64,000 bases of DNA, from positions 52,516,001-52,580,000 of the forward strand of contig OZ249436.1 in the NCBI GenBank assembly GCA_965235115.1. The letters are read 5' to 3'. A program made the translations under genes and the position numbers. Positions within the stretch are counted from its first letter, which is position 1. Each line of letters opens with the position of its first letter. Positions 26,272-38,104 of the stretch are shown piece by piece. The notes beneath the pieces are model-generated. The model saw nothing but the letters and a program-made list of their open reading frames with translations, was not told the origin of the DNA and searched no databases. This DNA is from Laetmonice hystrix (Eukaryota).

Positions 26272-29200
26272 TTTTATACTAACGTAGATCTTGCATTCGT
26301 CAATGACGCGCTAGTACTTCATGACCGATAAATCTCTCGGCTCAGCCTCGAGCCTATTAGTCGGACGTAAAGAATCCAAGCACTGTATCCACTTAGTAAG
26401 GAACGAGAGAAGAATGGTGCATCTTAGATCGAGAGGCTCTATCCCACTCCGGTGCCCTCCGAGGGATAGAGTGCACTCCTATTCAATTCAATGTTAACGT
26501 TACTCAACCAAAATGGTCGAGTAGACTTCGTCGCCTCGGCGTACACTTTTCTCCCAAACCATTGCATGTCATGTGCTAAACCCATACGTCCCTAAACACT
26601 ATACCCTTAGTTTCCAGCCTTTGCAGAGTTGTAAATCCGTTGCTGGGTGTTACATTATTCCAGCAGTAATCCAGCACTTATTCGCCAGCCTTTCGCACGA
26701 TGACCCAACTTTCCGACACCATATTGGAACCGGAAGTCACGTGTGTGTATGCTAATCTGTGCTGATATATGCCAGAGGCTACCAACCGATCACTTCCGTC
26801 TAGATCTAGGTATCGAATTCGATCATCGGACAGTCTAAGTCATGAACGACGATATTTGTTGTCTTTGCTTTGCAAATGTTAGGAAAACAGGTTTTCGTGT
26901 CTCATCGAAGCTGAGACGGGAAAATGTAACAGTAGACAGGAAGTGATGGACTAGTTGAAACTCCCAGCGGCATACAAAACAAAATGGTGGACGTCGCAAT
27001 GAACCGTTGTCGGTTCACTTTTTCTAACTCTTGTAAGTGTGAGAATACAGTGACATTTGGATCGAAATTATGGGGAATTAACGCCGGGTGGCAGGTAGAA
27101 GGTATGTGGGGAGTCTGAGAACCAGACACTAAGTTTAAGTGTGTTGTTAGACGGGCTGAAATTTTCTCTATGGGAGTTTGTGATATCTGCACTCTGAGTC
27201 AGAGTCTCCCGGACTAGGTGCATCTGTGCAACGTAATCCAAGAGATGATTTTATAATCGGCTACACTATTGGAAAAGTTGTCAGGGCTATTCGAACGGTA
27301 ATGTATGCTGTTTGTAAACGTGTGCGGTCGACACTACAAGTCGAAGTTCAGTACAAATCTGGTGTCCGTAGCCTTATTGACAAATAGCAAAGGCTTTGCC
27401 AGGGCCAGACGGACATTTCTTTCTATTCAGTCATCCTGTCGGGAACATTTTATCCCCAAAGCCAGACACCGTGCGGTCGGATTATGAACGACCTGTCAAC
27501 ACGCTGCCTAAAAACACAACTTGGACGAAAATGCAGAGTGGACGTCAGGGCGCTATTAGCGCTGGCGTCTGGAAGCGATTTGGTTAGAAGTCGGTCAGTA
27601 GCAAGATCAGTCAGTTTTAGCCAAACTGATGCGACTTATAGTTATCTGCCCCCTACCTGAGTACTTTATCATATTCCCGGGCAGAGGAAGCACTTTCATT
27701 TTATCTTATTGCTTTTTGTTTGGGGAACAATATTTTGATCAGGTGAGTGAAACCTTTAGATTTCCATCCGAGGTGAAGGCAAGCTTATGTTGTTTTCAGA
27801 GCACTTGACTTTTACGTTTGTGACTGTACATCTGCCAAGGCTTAAAGTGCTACAGACATCACATAGGCATCTTTGCTGATCTAGATAGATCACTGTGAGT
27901 TTTAGACGTGACCGGTATAGGTTTTTCTGATCAATTCTATCAGAAAGTAACATTTGTAAAAATATTGACAATTTCACACGCCACATCGCAGGCTCGCCCC
28001 CGACTGCTCTTGGCCGAAAACCGGAAGTGACGTGTGCACGGGAATTGGTCATTTTGATCACGGATTACAGACAGTTCACGTTGTTGTACAACAACCGTTC
28101 CTTTACAGAACAACGACAAATTACAAGTATTATCGGGATCTGGTATAAAATTTCATGTTAATTTTGATGTCTGTAACACTTTACAATACTTGCCTTGGAA
28201 TTATCATTTTTATGTTGTCAGGGTCCTTCACTGACCATATATCTATGGGCGAAAATACAAAACGGCAAGGGAGTTTTAATGTTCTAGGCCCCTATACGTA
28301 GACCTATAGCACAGGCAGAAATAGATTTCTAATTATTCCCGGGAATTGACGGATGGTTTTGGTGACGAGTTTTGTCACTACATTCGTTGCAGACTGTTAT
28401 GGACAGCATTCTCTACATCCTGGCAACCGAGCCACATGATCACAAGAATCCGGTGTGGTTCATCGTGATTTCGTTATAGCACGTTTTAACAGAATCAATA
28501 ATATATCATGATAAACGTTCAATGCCATAAAGTACCTTAATGGTGAGAAGGTAAGCATAAATCTAAGGATTCTGGGCGATTGCGAGCGCAAGTCCCTCCC
28601 CCTAAGAAAGTATTAATTAGGAATTAGGTTTAATTAGATTTTTCCTATTAGCCATGGGCACATCCTAATCTTGAGGAGCAGCACCGTTATAATGGGTGGG
28701 TCAGAAAAATAGGAACACTCCTTTTTTTTGACTGTAACTTCTCGGGACCTCCTTACGAGCAGATCAAAAATGTTAGATATTATCGGAAAACTGCGTAAGG
28801 AATCGTAGGCTTGCGTAGCCCGCGTAAGCACTCGTAAGAAAGTCGAAAAGCATCAACTTGTAGGGTCTTATGCTTAGGTCCCACTGGGGAAAAAATCATC
28901 GGCGATGTAGAAATACACAAATCGGCTCCCGATGGCTCCCGATGCTCCCGAAGTTTTTGGCCCAAACAACGGAGCAGTCCCATTACAGATGGCACGCATT
29001 AGGCATCGGGGAAAGTCCAGAGAATGTCCCCCGAACAATGGCCATGAATCATCGGGGATGGCTCCCGATGGCCGGGAAAGCCCCGGGGTACCTTCGGCGA
29101 TAATCGGCGAAGGTGCCCCGGAGCTACGTCGAATTTGAAACACCATCGGGGAAATATCCCCGTAGATTAGGGGAAGCATCGGTAAGTACTTGCATGCGAA

Positions 29201-31086
29201 CCATCCACGGTGCCTCCCCAATAACCCTTCCCCGAGGCACCGGGGATGGTTCGCAAGTACTCACCGATGCTTCCCCGGTGCCTCGGGGAAGCATTGGGGA
29301 GGTATGTACCATGGTCTGGTGGTGACATACACACACACATAAATATATGTGTGGGTGTAGGGCAATAAACAGCTCAGTTCACACCCACACACAAATTTGT
29401 GTGTGTGCGTGTATTAAATACAAAAACTTTTTGTATTTAATACAAAAACTTTTTGTATTAAATACATAAACTTTTTGTATTAAATACATAAACTTTCTGT
29501 ATTTAATACAAAAACTTTTTGTATTTAATACAGAAAGTTTTGGTATATATACAAAAACTTTTTGTATTTAATACAAAAACTTTTTGTATTTAATACAAAA
29601 ACTTTTTGTATTTAATACAGAAAGTTTCTGTATTTAATACGAAAAGTTTTTGTATTTAATACAAAAAGTTTTTGTATTAAATACAGAAAGTTTTTGTATT
29701 TAATACAGAAAGTTTTTGTATTTAATACAGAAAGTTTTTGTATTTAATACAGAAAGTTTCTGTATTTAATACAGAAAGTTTTCGTATATATACCGAAACT
29801 TACTCATGCATATCTAATTGTTGTATCGCACTTCAAAGAATCTAACATCTCATTAACTGTCCATTTGCTTATCATATATCAATTACCGTTGCGGTTCATG
29901 TGACCCCTTTCATTGGGAACCTTGCAACTACACCACCCTCCTGTGCCTGGTGTCCTCGTTGACACGCGCTTTTATGACCCTCTTTAATGTCCGGCCTCGT
30001 CTCAGTGCCGGAGGCACTGAGTCAAAGTGTAGTGTAACAGTAAACCAGTCTGCGATCATCTGTCATTACCCGACCTAGAACTTAGTAGAAGCAACGAGTA
30101 TGAGAGGTGAAACTCGTGGGGCCCTTATGTGGGACCATGGGCCCATGTTGTTTTGTATTGGTCACGCCCAGCATGTGGTCATTTGTTGGTCAGAGATGAC
30201 CAGCATCTGGTCTTACTCGGGTTACAGGGAGGTGACGGAGCGGTGGCCACTGGGGTTAGAAACAAGGCAGGTTACTGTCACTACACACCAAGCAGGCAGC
30301 ACTCTCCATCCTCTTTTAAACACTGTTTCTAGAATTGGACACTGAAACAGCACGTACAACTTACTAAAGACATGTGTTTTTTATGTGATGTTAATGTTAG
30401 AAAGGTGTCCTACATTTAAAACATTTCCTATTTTGAAGTTCTAACAGACAAGTCAGGTAAATTTCTCTGTATTCACCTCTTTCAACCGGTCACTATGCAG
30501 CCACATGGAGACTGACCTTGACATTCTGCACACCATCTGAAAGCTTATCTAGAGGGGAATCTCCCTATTTGCATTAAATCAGTAAAACACTATTTTGAGT
30601 TATTGAAACTGGCAACTAAAGATTTTCCATATTTGTGGTACTAAAATTATGTAGGCCAAACAGGGGTTGCCTGAAACTGACCCTTCCCAATGCTTCCCGC
30701 CAAAATACCATGGAACACCAAAGGCCTGCTGCCCAGCAGGCGCCCAGCAAGTGGTCCCGTCGGCCTTGTACAGCAAGTCTGTAATATGGAGCCGGTGGTC
30801 AGATTAATGAGTACTGATAAGGGGCACTGGAAGTCTCTCATCTGCCGAGCTCAGGAGTTTCACCTCTCTTGGTAGAAGCTAGACAGCTATAGACGGGGGT
30901 GCGTAAATGATGTGGGAAGTTACCTGAAGATAAAGGGGAATGACGTAATTCACGTGATTGATGTGGGCGAGTGATGGGAAATGACGTGGGGAGTGACCAG
31001 TGATGTGGGGTAGTGACAGTTGTAGTTGAATTGCATAGTTTTCCTGCTTGATACAAGTGTAGCCATCGCCGTCGCTCGTTGCAATG

Positions 31087-32320
31087 ACGTGAGTGATGTG
31101 GGCAAGTGATCAGTGATGTGGGGTTGTGACGTGAGTGATGTGGGCGAGTGACGTGAGTGATGTGGGCTAGTGATCAGTGATGTGGGGTAGTGACGTGAGT
31201 GATGTGGGGTAGTGACGTGAGTGATGTGGGCGAGTGACGTGAGTGATGTGGGGGAGTGACGTGAGTGATGTGGGTGAGTGACGTGAGTGATGTGGGCGAG
31301 TGACGTGAGTGATGTGGGGGAGTGACGTGAGTGATGTGGGCTAGTGATCAGTGATGTGGGGGAGTAACGTGAGTGATGTGGGCGAGTGACGTGAGTGATG
31401 TGGGCGAGTGACAAGAGTGATGTGGGTGAGTGACGTGAGTGATGTGGGGGAGTAACGTGAGTGATGTGGGGGAGTGACGTGAGTGATGTGGGCGAGTGAC
31501 GTGAGTGATGTGGGTGAGTGACGTGAGTGATCTGGGGGAGTGACGTGAGTGATGTGGGCGAGTGACAAGAGTGATGTGGGTGAGTGACGTGAGTGATGTG
31601 GGTGAGTGACGTGAGTGATGTGGGCGAGTGACAAGAGTGATGTGGGTGAGTGACGTGAGTGATGTGGGTGAGTGACGTGAGTGATGTGGGCGAGTGACAA
31701 GAGTGATGTGGGTGAGTGACGTGAGTGATGTGGGTGAGTGATAAGTGATGTGGGCGAGTGACGTGAGTGATGTGGGCGAGTGACGTGAGTGATGTGGGTG
31801 AGTGATAAGTCATGTGGGCGAGTGACGTGAGTGATGTGGGCGAGTGACGTGAGTGATGTGGGTGAGTGATAAGTGATGTGGGTGAGTGACGTGAGTGATG
31901 TGGGCGAGTGACACGAGTGATGTGGGTGAGTGACGTGAGTGACGTGGGCGAGTGACACGAGTGATGTGGGTGAGTGACGTGGGTGAGTGACAAGAGTGAT
32001 GTGGGTGAGTGACGTGAGTGATGTGGGCGAGTGACACGAGTGATGTGGGTGAGTGACGTGGGCGAGTGACAAGAGTGATGTGGGTGAGTGACGTGAGTGA
32101 TGTGGGCGAGTGACACGAGTGATGTGGGTGAGTGACGTGGGCGAGTGACAAGAGTGATGTGGGGAGTGACGTGAGTGATGTGGGTGAGCGACGTGAGTGA
32201 CGTGGGCGAGTGACAAGAGTGATGTGGGTGAGTGACGTGAGTGATGTGGGGAGTGACGTGAGTGATGTGGGTGAGCGACGTGAGTGAGGTAGGCGAGTGA
32301 CGTGAAATGATGTGGGAAGT
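31087..32320. repeat. 22-bp minisatellite (gtgagtgatgtgggcgagtgac)n
   Basis: Dozens of direct variant copies; produces spurious His/Thr/Ser-rich ORFs. Confidence 0.95.
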
Positions 32321-34751
32321 GTGAAGTCAGGACCCGAGAGAGGAGCCGGGAGGTGCCGAGTGAGGTGCCGGGTGTGGTGCCGGGATAGGTACCGGGTAAG
32401 GTGCTGTGAGAGATACCGAGAGAGGTGCCGGGAGGTGTCGGGTGAGGTGCGGGTGTGATCTGCCGGCTCAGTCTGGGCCTCCTCTCCAGTCATTTTTCAC
32501 GTTGGGAGGATCTACACGTGCCAAGACTTATATACAGAAACATATACCGTGAATGACCAACATGAAGCAATTTTTAAGACCTTTCATTCCATTTTGTAAG
32601 CATGGGCCTTAAATCTTCCTAATGACAGTAAGCGCTGGTGTATTTAGTGACCAGGCAGCCTGATCTACTTCTGCTAATTAAGTTTCAAAAGGTTCCAGCC
32701 TATAGGCCTCTCAGTGGGAATAAAAACTGATTTCCGAACACCTTTAATCTGATGGCAATCTGCTAATCAAAATCGGACCATGGAGCAGATTTTTGGTATA
32801 ATTTTTAATCGGTTGTTGGCCTATATAATGGACAGATTTTTACTAAGAAGTGGTGGGTATCCAGCCTTGCTTAGGCTACATTACAGGTTTTGCGGAACTT
32901 CAATCTGAAACAATATCAATTACTGTGTGCATTCGCGGCGTGCATTACGTAATGATATTTCAACAGATTAAATGAAAGCGTACCCAGTATATTATTCTCT
33001 AAATTTTCTTTCTATATTTTCCCGGGCGTGCGACCATAAACATTCTAGTGGTAATATTTGTATAGGCCGTCAATGTGCTAATAATTAATTCAGCCATATA
33101 GTTAAAAATGGCCCTGTTTGCCTTATTATCCCATCCCCGACAGGGGGATTGGATCTTGAGATTGTGTGGTTTCGTCTTCCCTATTATTACTCTTTGCGTT
33201 GTAGTAGTATCTTGACCATGACAAGGACTGGTCAGACAATGAGTTGTGACATCACGTGACGTCACGTCATGACGTGAAACGTGTCCTGGACATTGGGGCC
33301 ATTTTTAAAGTTCATATTGGGAATTTCCAAACCCCACCATGGCGTTTTAATCAGGCAAGGGTCTAGCCTAACATGGACCTTTCATTTGTCGTTTGACCTT
33401 GAACTTTGGGAGAACTGGGTCCTCGGTCACAAATCTCTTAAATCGCTACTTCTTCTTCATTTTCTGGTGAAATATTAGGCAGGACTCTAACATGAGCTTG
33501 TCACGAATAATCAAAAGTTTAGAACAATTGTCAATTTAGATACCTATGCCTAGAACTTCTAAACGGTGCCAGATAGGGCAATGGTTACTATTAAACACAG
33601 ATAGGAAGTGATATATGCTCTTTCATTATAGATTTTTTTTCCAGGTCACGTCACCATTTTTTAAAAATTAGAGGGGAAAAATGAAAAAAAAAATAAAACG
33701 TGACTGGGCCTGGGATTGAAACGGGGACCCTTCCGATGGGAGTTAAGACACTCTTCACAACAGCCACGCCATCTGACATGCTAATACTGGATTGAACTGG
33801 TACTGATTACCACAGGCAGTGAACCTATATTTTGTGAGGGCTATAACTTGCTATCACTTGGTATCATCATCCTTTAGGTCACGTGACCTGTGACGTGGTA
33901 AGGATATCATTGATATTTTCTCAGGGATATAACTTGTTAATGCTTGAATAGCATAGTTGCTATTGAACACGAATAGGAAGTCATGTATGCCCTTTCGTTT
34001 GGGACCATTATTTCTTAGGTCACGTGACCTATGGCGTCATAAGGATGTCATCGATATTTTCTCAGGGCAAGAACTTGTAAATGGTAGGAGTTAGACCCAT
34101 AGTTACTACTGAACCAGAATAGGAAGTCATGCATTCTCTTTCGTTTGGCACTATTATTTCTTAGATCACGTGACCTGTGAAGTCATAAGGATGTCATCGA
34201 TATTTTCTTAGGGATATAACTTGTTAATGCTTGAAGATAGCCCCATAGTCACTATTGAACACGAATAGGAAGTCATGTATGCTCTTTCGTTTGGCGCCAT
34301 TATTTCTTAGGTCACGTGGCCTATGGCATCATAACGATGTCATCGATGTTTTCTTAGGGCTATAACTTGTAAATGGTAGTAGTTAGACCCATAGTTAGGT
34401 ACTAATGAACACGAATAGGAAGTCATGTATGCTCTTTCGTTTGGCGCCATTATTTCTTAGGCCACGTGGCCTATGGCATCATAACGATGTTAGACCCATA
34501 GTTGCTATTGAATATGAACAGAAAGTCCTCATTATGTTCTTTCAATTGACACCAAGATTTATTATGTTGTGTGATCTTTTTTTTTTTTTTTTTTTTTTAT
34601 TGATCATATTTACCCAGGGAGTCCTGCTCGACTAATTGCCGTCACAAATGCAGGTCCCTGCCCTATGTTACATAATTTTGTACAGATCCAGTGATTCATT
34701 TAATCATAACAGTATAGATAGTGCAAATACATTGTCACATCTTTTCACTTA

Positions 34752-37694
34752 TTACCAATGATGGCTATCCCGATTATTATCCGTGAAGAACATCCTGATA
34801 TAATATTTCTTAATTTCTGATTTAAATTCGTCAATGTTAGTGATAAGTCTAATATAAACAGGTAGATTATTCCATATTATTGATTTATAGTAGCAATTTG
34901 ATTTTTTAAAGAGTTCGCTATGAGGTTTAGGCACCTGGAGTAGTATACCATCATGAGCTCTGGTTACCACTTCCCTTTGATCCACTAATGCTGTATTGTC
35001 AATAAATTCGTTAAAAGTAATTTTCTGTAACATGATTAATCTTCGATATTTGCAAGGAAGTAGCTTAGCTTCAATATGTAAATCTACTGTGTTCCATAAA
35101 ATATTTCTATTGAGTGCAATTTTAAGCCCACTATTTTGTATAACCTGTAACTTATGTTTATATGTTTCATTACATGTACCATTAAAAATATTACCATATT
35201 CAATATACGGTAAGATCATTGATTTAAAAATAGTTAAAGCTGTGTTATTATTAATATATTGTCTAATTCTCGATAACATATACACTTTGTGCCCTGCTTT
35301 CTTTATACTATTTTTGATATGATCATTGAATTGAAGTTTATCATCTAGAATTATACCAAGATATGAAAAGTTTCTGACAAAATCTAATTGGACATCATTA
35401 ACAGTAATCCGAGGTAATTCTCTCTGGTCATTTACAAACTTGCTGAAATACATACATTTTGTTTTCTCAAGGTTAACCGTAAGCTTATTGGCATTGAACC
35501 ACTCAATTAGCTTTCCAATATCATTTTTGATTTGTGATATGACATCTGACAAATTTTTACCATGTGCTATCATACCAGTATCGTCTGCAAACATAGATAG
35601 ATCGGAAGTAATGTGACTTTCCATGATATCATTAACATATAACAGATAGATAAGAGGTCCTAGTACACTTCCCTGCGGTATCCCATAGTTTATAGTTTGA
35701 CAGTCAGATTTTACACCCCCGTTTTTTACATATTGCTGTCTATTTCTTAAATATTCAATAATCCATTTTTTACAGCATCCAGTAATACCAAGCTTATCCA
35801 ATTTCCCACATAGTATATCGTGATTTACGCAATTAAAAGCTTTTGCTAGGTCGAGGAATATTACTATACTATATTCCCCATTGTTTCTGTGATCATATAA
35901 TTTGTTCACGATATTGTTCACAGCCCGGATCGTTGACTTTCCTTTCCTAAAACCATTTTGATGTTTAAAAAAGAGGTTATTGTCTTCCATATATTTATAT
36001 AGTACCTTGTTCACATGTTTTTCTAAGATTTTTGAAGGAAGAGGCGTATTCGATATCGGTCTTAAATTACTCACTTGTGTAATATCGCCCTTTTTAGGCA
36101 GTGGTGTTACCTTGGACATTTTGAAGCAATCAGGTATTTGAGAGGTTTTAAGGGAGAAGTTATAAAATTTTACCAAAATATCAGGGATACTGTAAAACGC
36201 ATCCATTAGTAATCTTGTACTGATTTCATCTAAACCTGATGATTTTGTTAACGGAATTTCTTTAAGAATTTTGAGCAACTGTTCCTTTGTAAATTCTTCA
36301 AATATAGAAAGATTCATGTGACTTTTTTCGTAATGGTTTAAGTCTATATTGGATGCTGGTAATTTGTCAGCAAGATTTTTACCAATATTTACAAAATAAT
36401 TGTTCATAACATCATTTGCCTCTTTACCGTAACATAATTCATATGTGGAAGGGTTAATAATAGCGTCAACCTTTTTATTGTTTAGATCAGGAATTAATTT
36501 TTTAATATCTTTCCAAAACATATTCTGATCTTTCTCATGTTCTTTTAATTTTGATAATGTATAATTTTGTTTTGCCTCTTTTACCATGGTATTATATACC
36601 TTACGTGCATGTGAAGCTTTATCATAATTTCTTTGTGATTTATTCCTCTTATATATTTTAAACAAGATGTCTCTATGTACTTCAAATTCAAGTAACTCTC
36701 TATTCATCCATTCAGGTCTATTAACATTTACTTTAATCATTTTATAAGGGCACATATGGTTAACCTCATATTCAATAGCCTTGTATATCATTCCCCACAT
36801 ATCATCTATATTTTCAAGTAGATCAAATATAGACCAATCCAACTTTTTTAAATTGTCTTGAAACTTATTCTTATCATAATGTTTATAACTTCTACATCGA
36901 ACATACATTTTATCTCTTGTGATGTGCTTTCTTTTTTTAATTACATATATGGGTAAATGATCACTTACATTATACTCGATACAACCTGACGCATAAATGT
37001 TTTTTATATTAGTAAAAATAACATCGATTAATGAACTGCCACCTCTATGTATTCTCGTGCTCTTCTTGATTATCTGTTTCAAATTAAATTCATCTTCAAT
37101 TGATGTAAGTGACTTGTAATACTCAGAGTTGAGATCTAGATAATCAATATTTAAGTCCCCTACTATTACAATTTCATATTTATCTAATGTATCTATTTGA
37201 TAAAGACATGTTTTAATAGAGTTTAGAGCGTTTTCAGGATTGCCATTAGGCGGCCTGTAGCAATTCATTAATACAATTTTCTTAGCATTAATACCAGCTA
37301 TAATGACTACTTGCATTTCAATATCTATGTCTGAAACCTGCTTAACAATATCATATGTGATTTCATCTCTCAAGAAAATACATGTACCTCCTCCTCTTTT
37401 CCGACTACGGTCATTCCTAATTAGATTATAACCTTCTATTTGTGTGAGTTCTTGTATTAATTCAGCTTTAAACCAAGTTTCAGTAAAACATAATATATTG
37501 GTGTGGGGAGTAAAGCTGTTACGAATAATATCTAATTTAGGATATAAACTTCTAATATTTAAATGCATGATTTTAAATCCTTTTAAGTTTGAGAATTCAT
37601 TTATAGTTATATTATCCAGATCTTCTTCATGAATACTATCTCCATCATCTATAGCATTATCACCCATTTCTATATACACGTCCTCTACATACAA
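34752..37694 (-). CDS. LINE ORF2: AP-like endonuclease plus reverse transcriptase, 980 aa
   Basis: Endonuclease motifs HLNIRSL, TETW, RGGG, YRPP, GDLN, IDVIF, SDHLP; RT motifs RPIS, QNGFRKGKST, FLDLAKAF, GIPQGSVLGP, FADDT, YLG. Confidence 0.95.
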   Translation of the reverse strand: MYVEDVYIEMGDNAIDDGDSIHEEDLDNITINEFSNLKGFKIMHLNIRSLYPKLDIIRNSFTPHTNILCFTETWFKAELIQELTQIEGYNLIRNDRSRKRGGGTCIFLRDEITYDIVKQVSDIDIEMQVVIIAGINAKKIVLMNCYRPPNGNPENALNSIKTCLYQIDTLDKYEIVIVGDLNIDYLDLNSEYYKSLTSIEDEFNLKQIIKKSTRIHRGGSSLIDVIFTNIKNIYASGCIEYNVSDHLPIYVIKKRKHITRDKMYVRCRSYKHYDKNKFQDNLKKLDWSIFDLLENIDDMWGMIYKAIEYEVNHMCPYKMIKVNVNRPEWMNRELLEFEVHRDILFKIYKRNKSQRNYDKASHARKVYNTMVKEAKQNYTLSKLKEHEKDQNMFWKDIKKLIPDLNNKKVDAIINPSTYELCYGKEANDVMNNYFVNIGKNLADKLPASNIDLNHYEKSHMNLSIFEEFTKEQLLKILKEIPLTKSSGLDEISTRLLMDAFYSIPDILVKFYNFSLKTSQIPDCFKMSKVTPLPKKGDITQVSNLRPISNTPLPSKILEKHVNKVLYKYMEDNNLFFKHQNGFRKGKSTIRAVNNIVNKLYDHRNNGEYSIVIFLDLAKAFNCVNHDILCGKLDKLGITGCCKKWIIEYLRNRQQYVKNGGVKSDCQTINYGIPQGSVLGPLIYLLYVNDIMESHITSDLSMFADDTGMIAHGKNLSDVISQIKNDIGKLIEWFNANKLTVNLEKTKCMYFSKFVNDQRELPRITVNDVQLDFVRNFSYLGIILDDKLQFNDHIKNSIKKAGHKVYMLSRIRQYINNNTALTIFKSMILPYIEYGNIFNGTCNETYKHKLQVIQNSGLKIALNRNILWNTVDLHIEAKLLPCKYRRLIMLQKITFNEFIDNTALVDQREVVTRAHDGILLQVPKPHSELFKKSNCYYKSIIWNNLPVYIRLITNIDEFKSEIKKYYIRMFFTDNNRDSHHW

Positions 37695-38104
37695 TTATAT
37701 TTACAAGGGATCTATACTGTACAATTATTATTATTTGGTAAATATTCTTTATAAGGTTAACAAGCCTGTGTTTAATTACTATAATTACCAAGAAAACATA
37801 TTTATAACATATAGCACAAAATCTGTTTAAACATTTATAATTATGGTGCACAATCGCATTGGTACTTTGGGAATGCCCCATTGCATGTACACAATCATAA
37901 TAAATAATATACCACATATAGAGCAACACGTATGTAATACTCCGATAACACTCTGGCCAAACCATTGGGTAGGCATCATAACGCAATGATGTACATTGTA
38001 CCATGATTGTAGACATGCCGTTTCAGCATTAAAGTTTACGTAACCATGTTGAACGCAGAGAGTTGCAATTTGTCAACATTATTGTACTTCAAAAATCCCT
38101 TTAC

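Noticed and set aside
30950..32493. Long His/Thr/Ser-rich ORFs (388, 291 and 227 aa)
   Set aside because: Open in all three - frames because of a stop-free 22-bp minisatellite; no coding evidence
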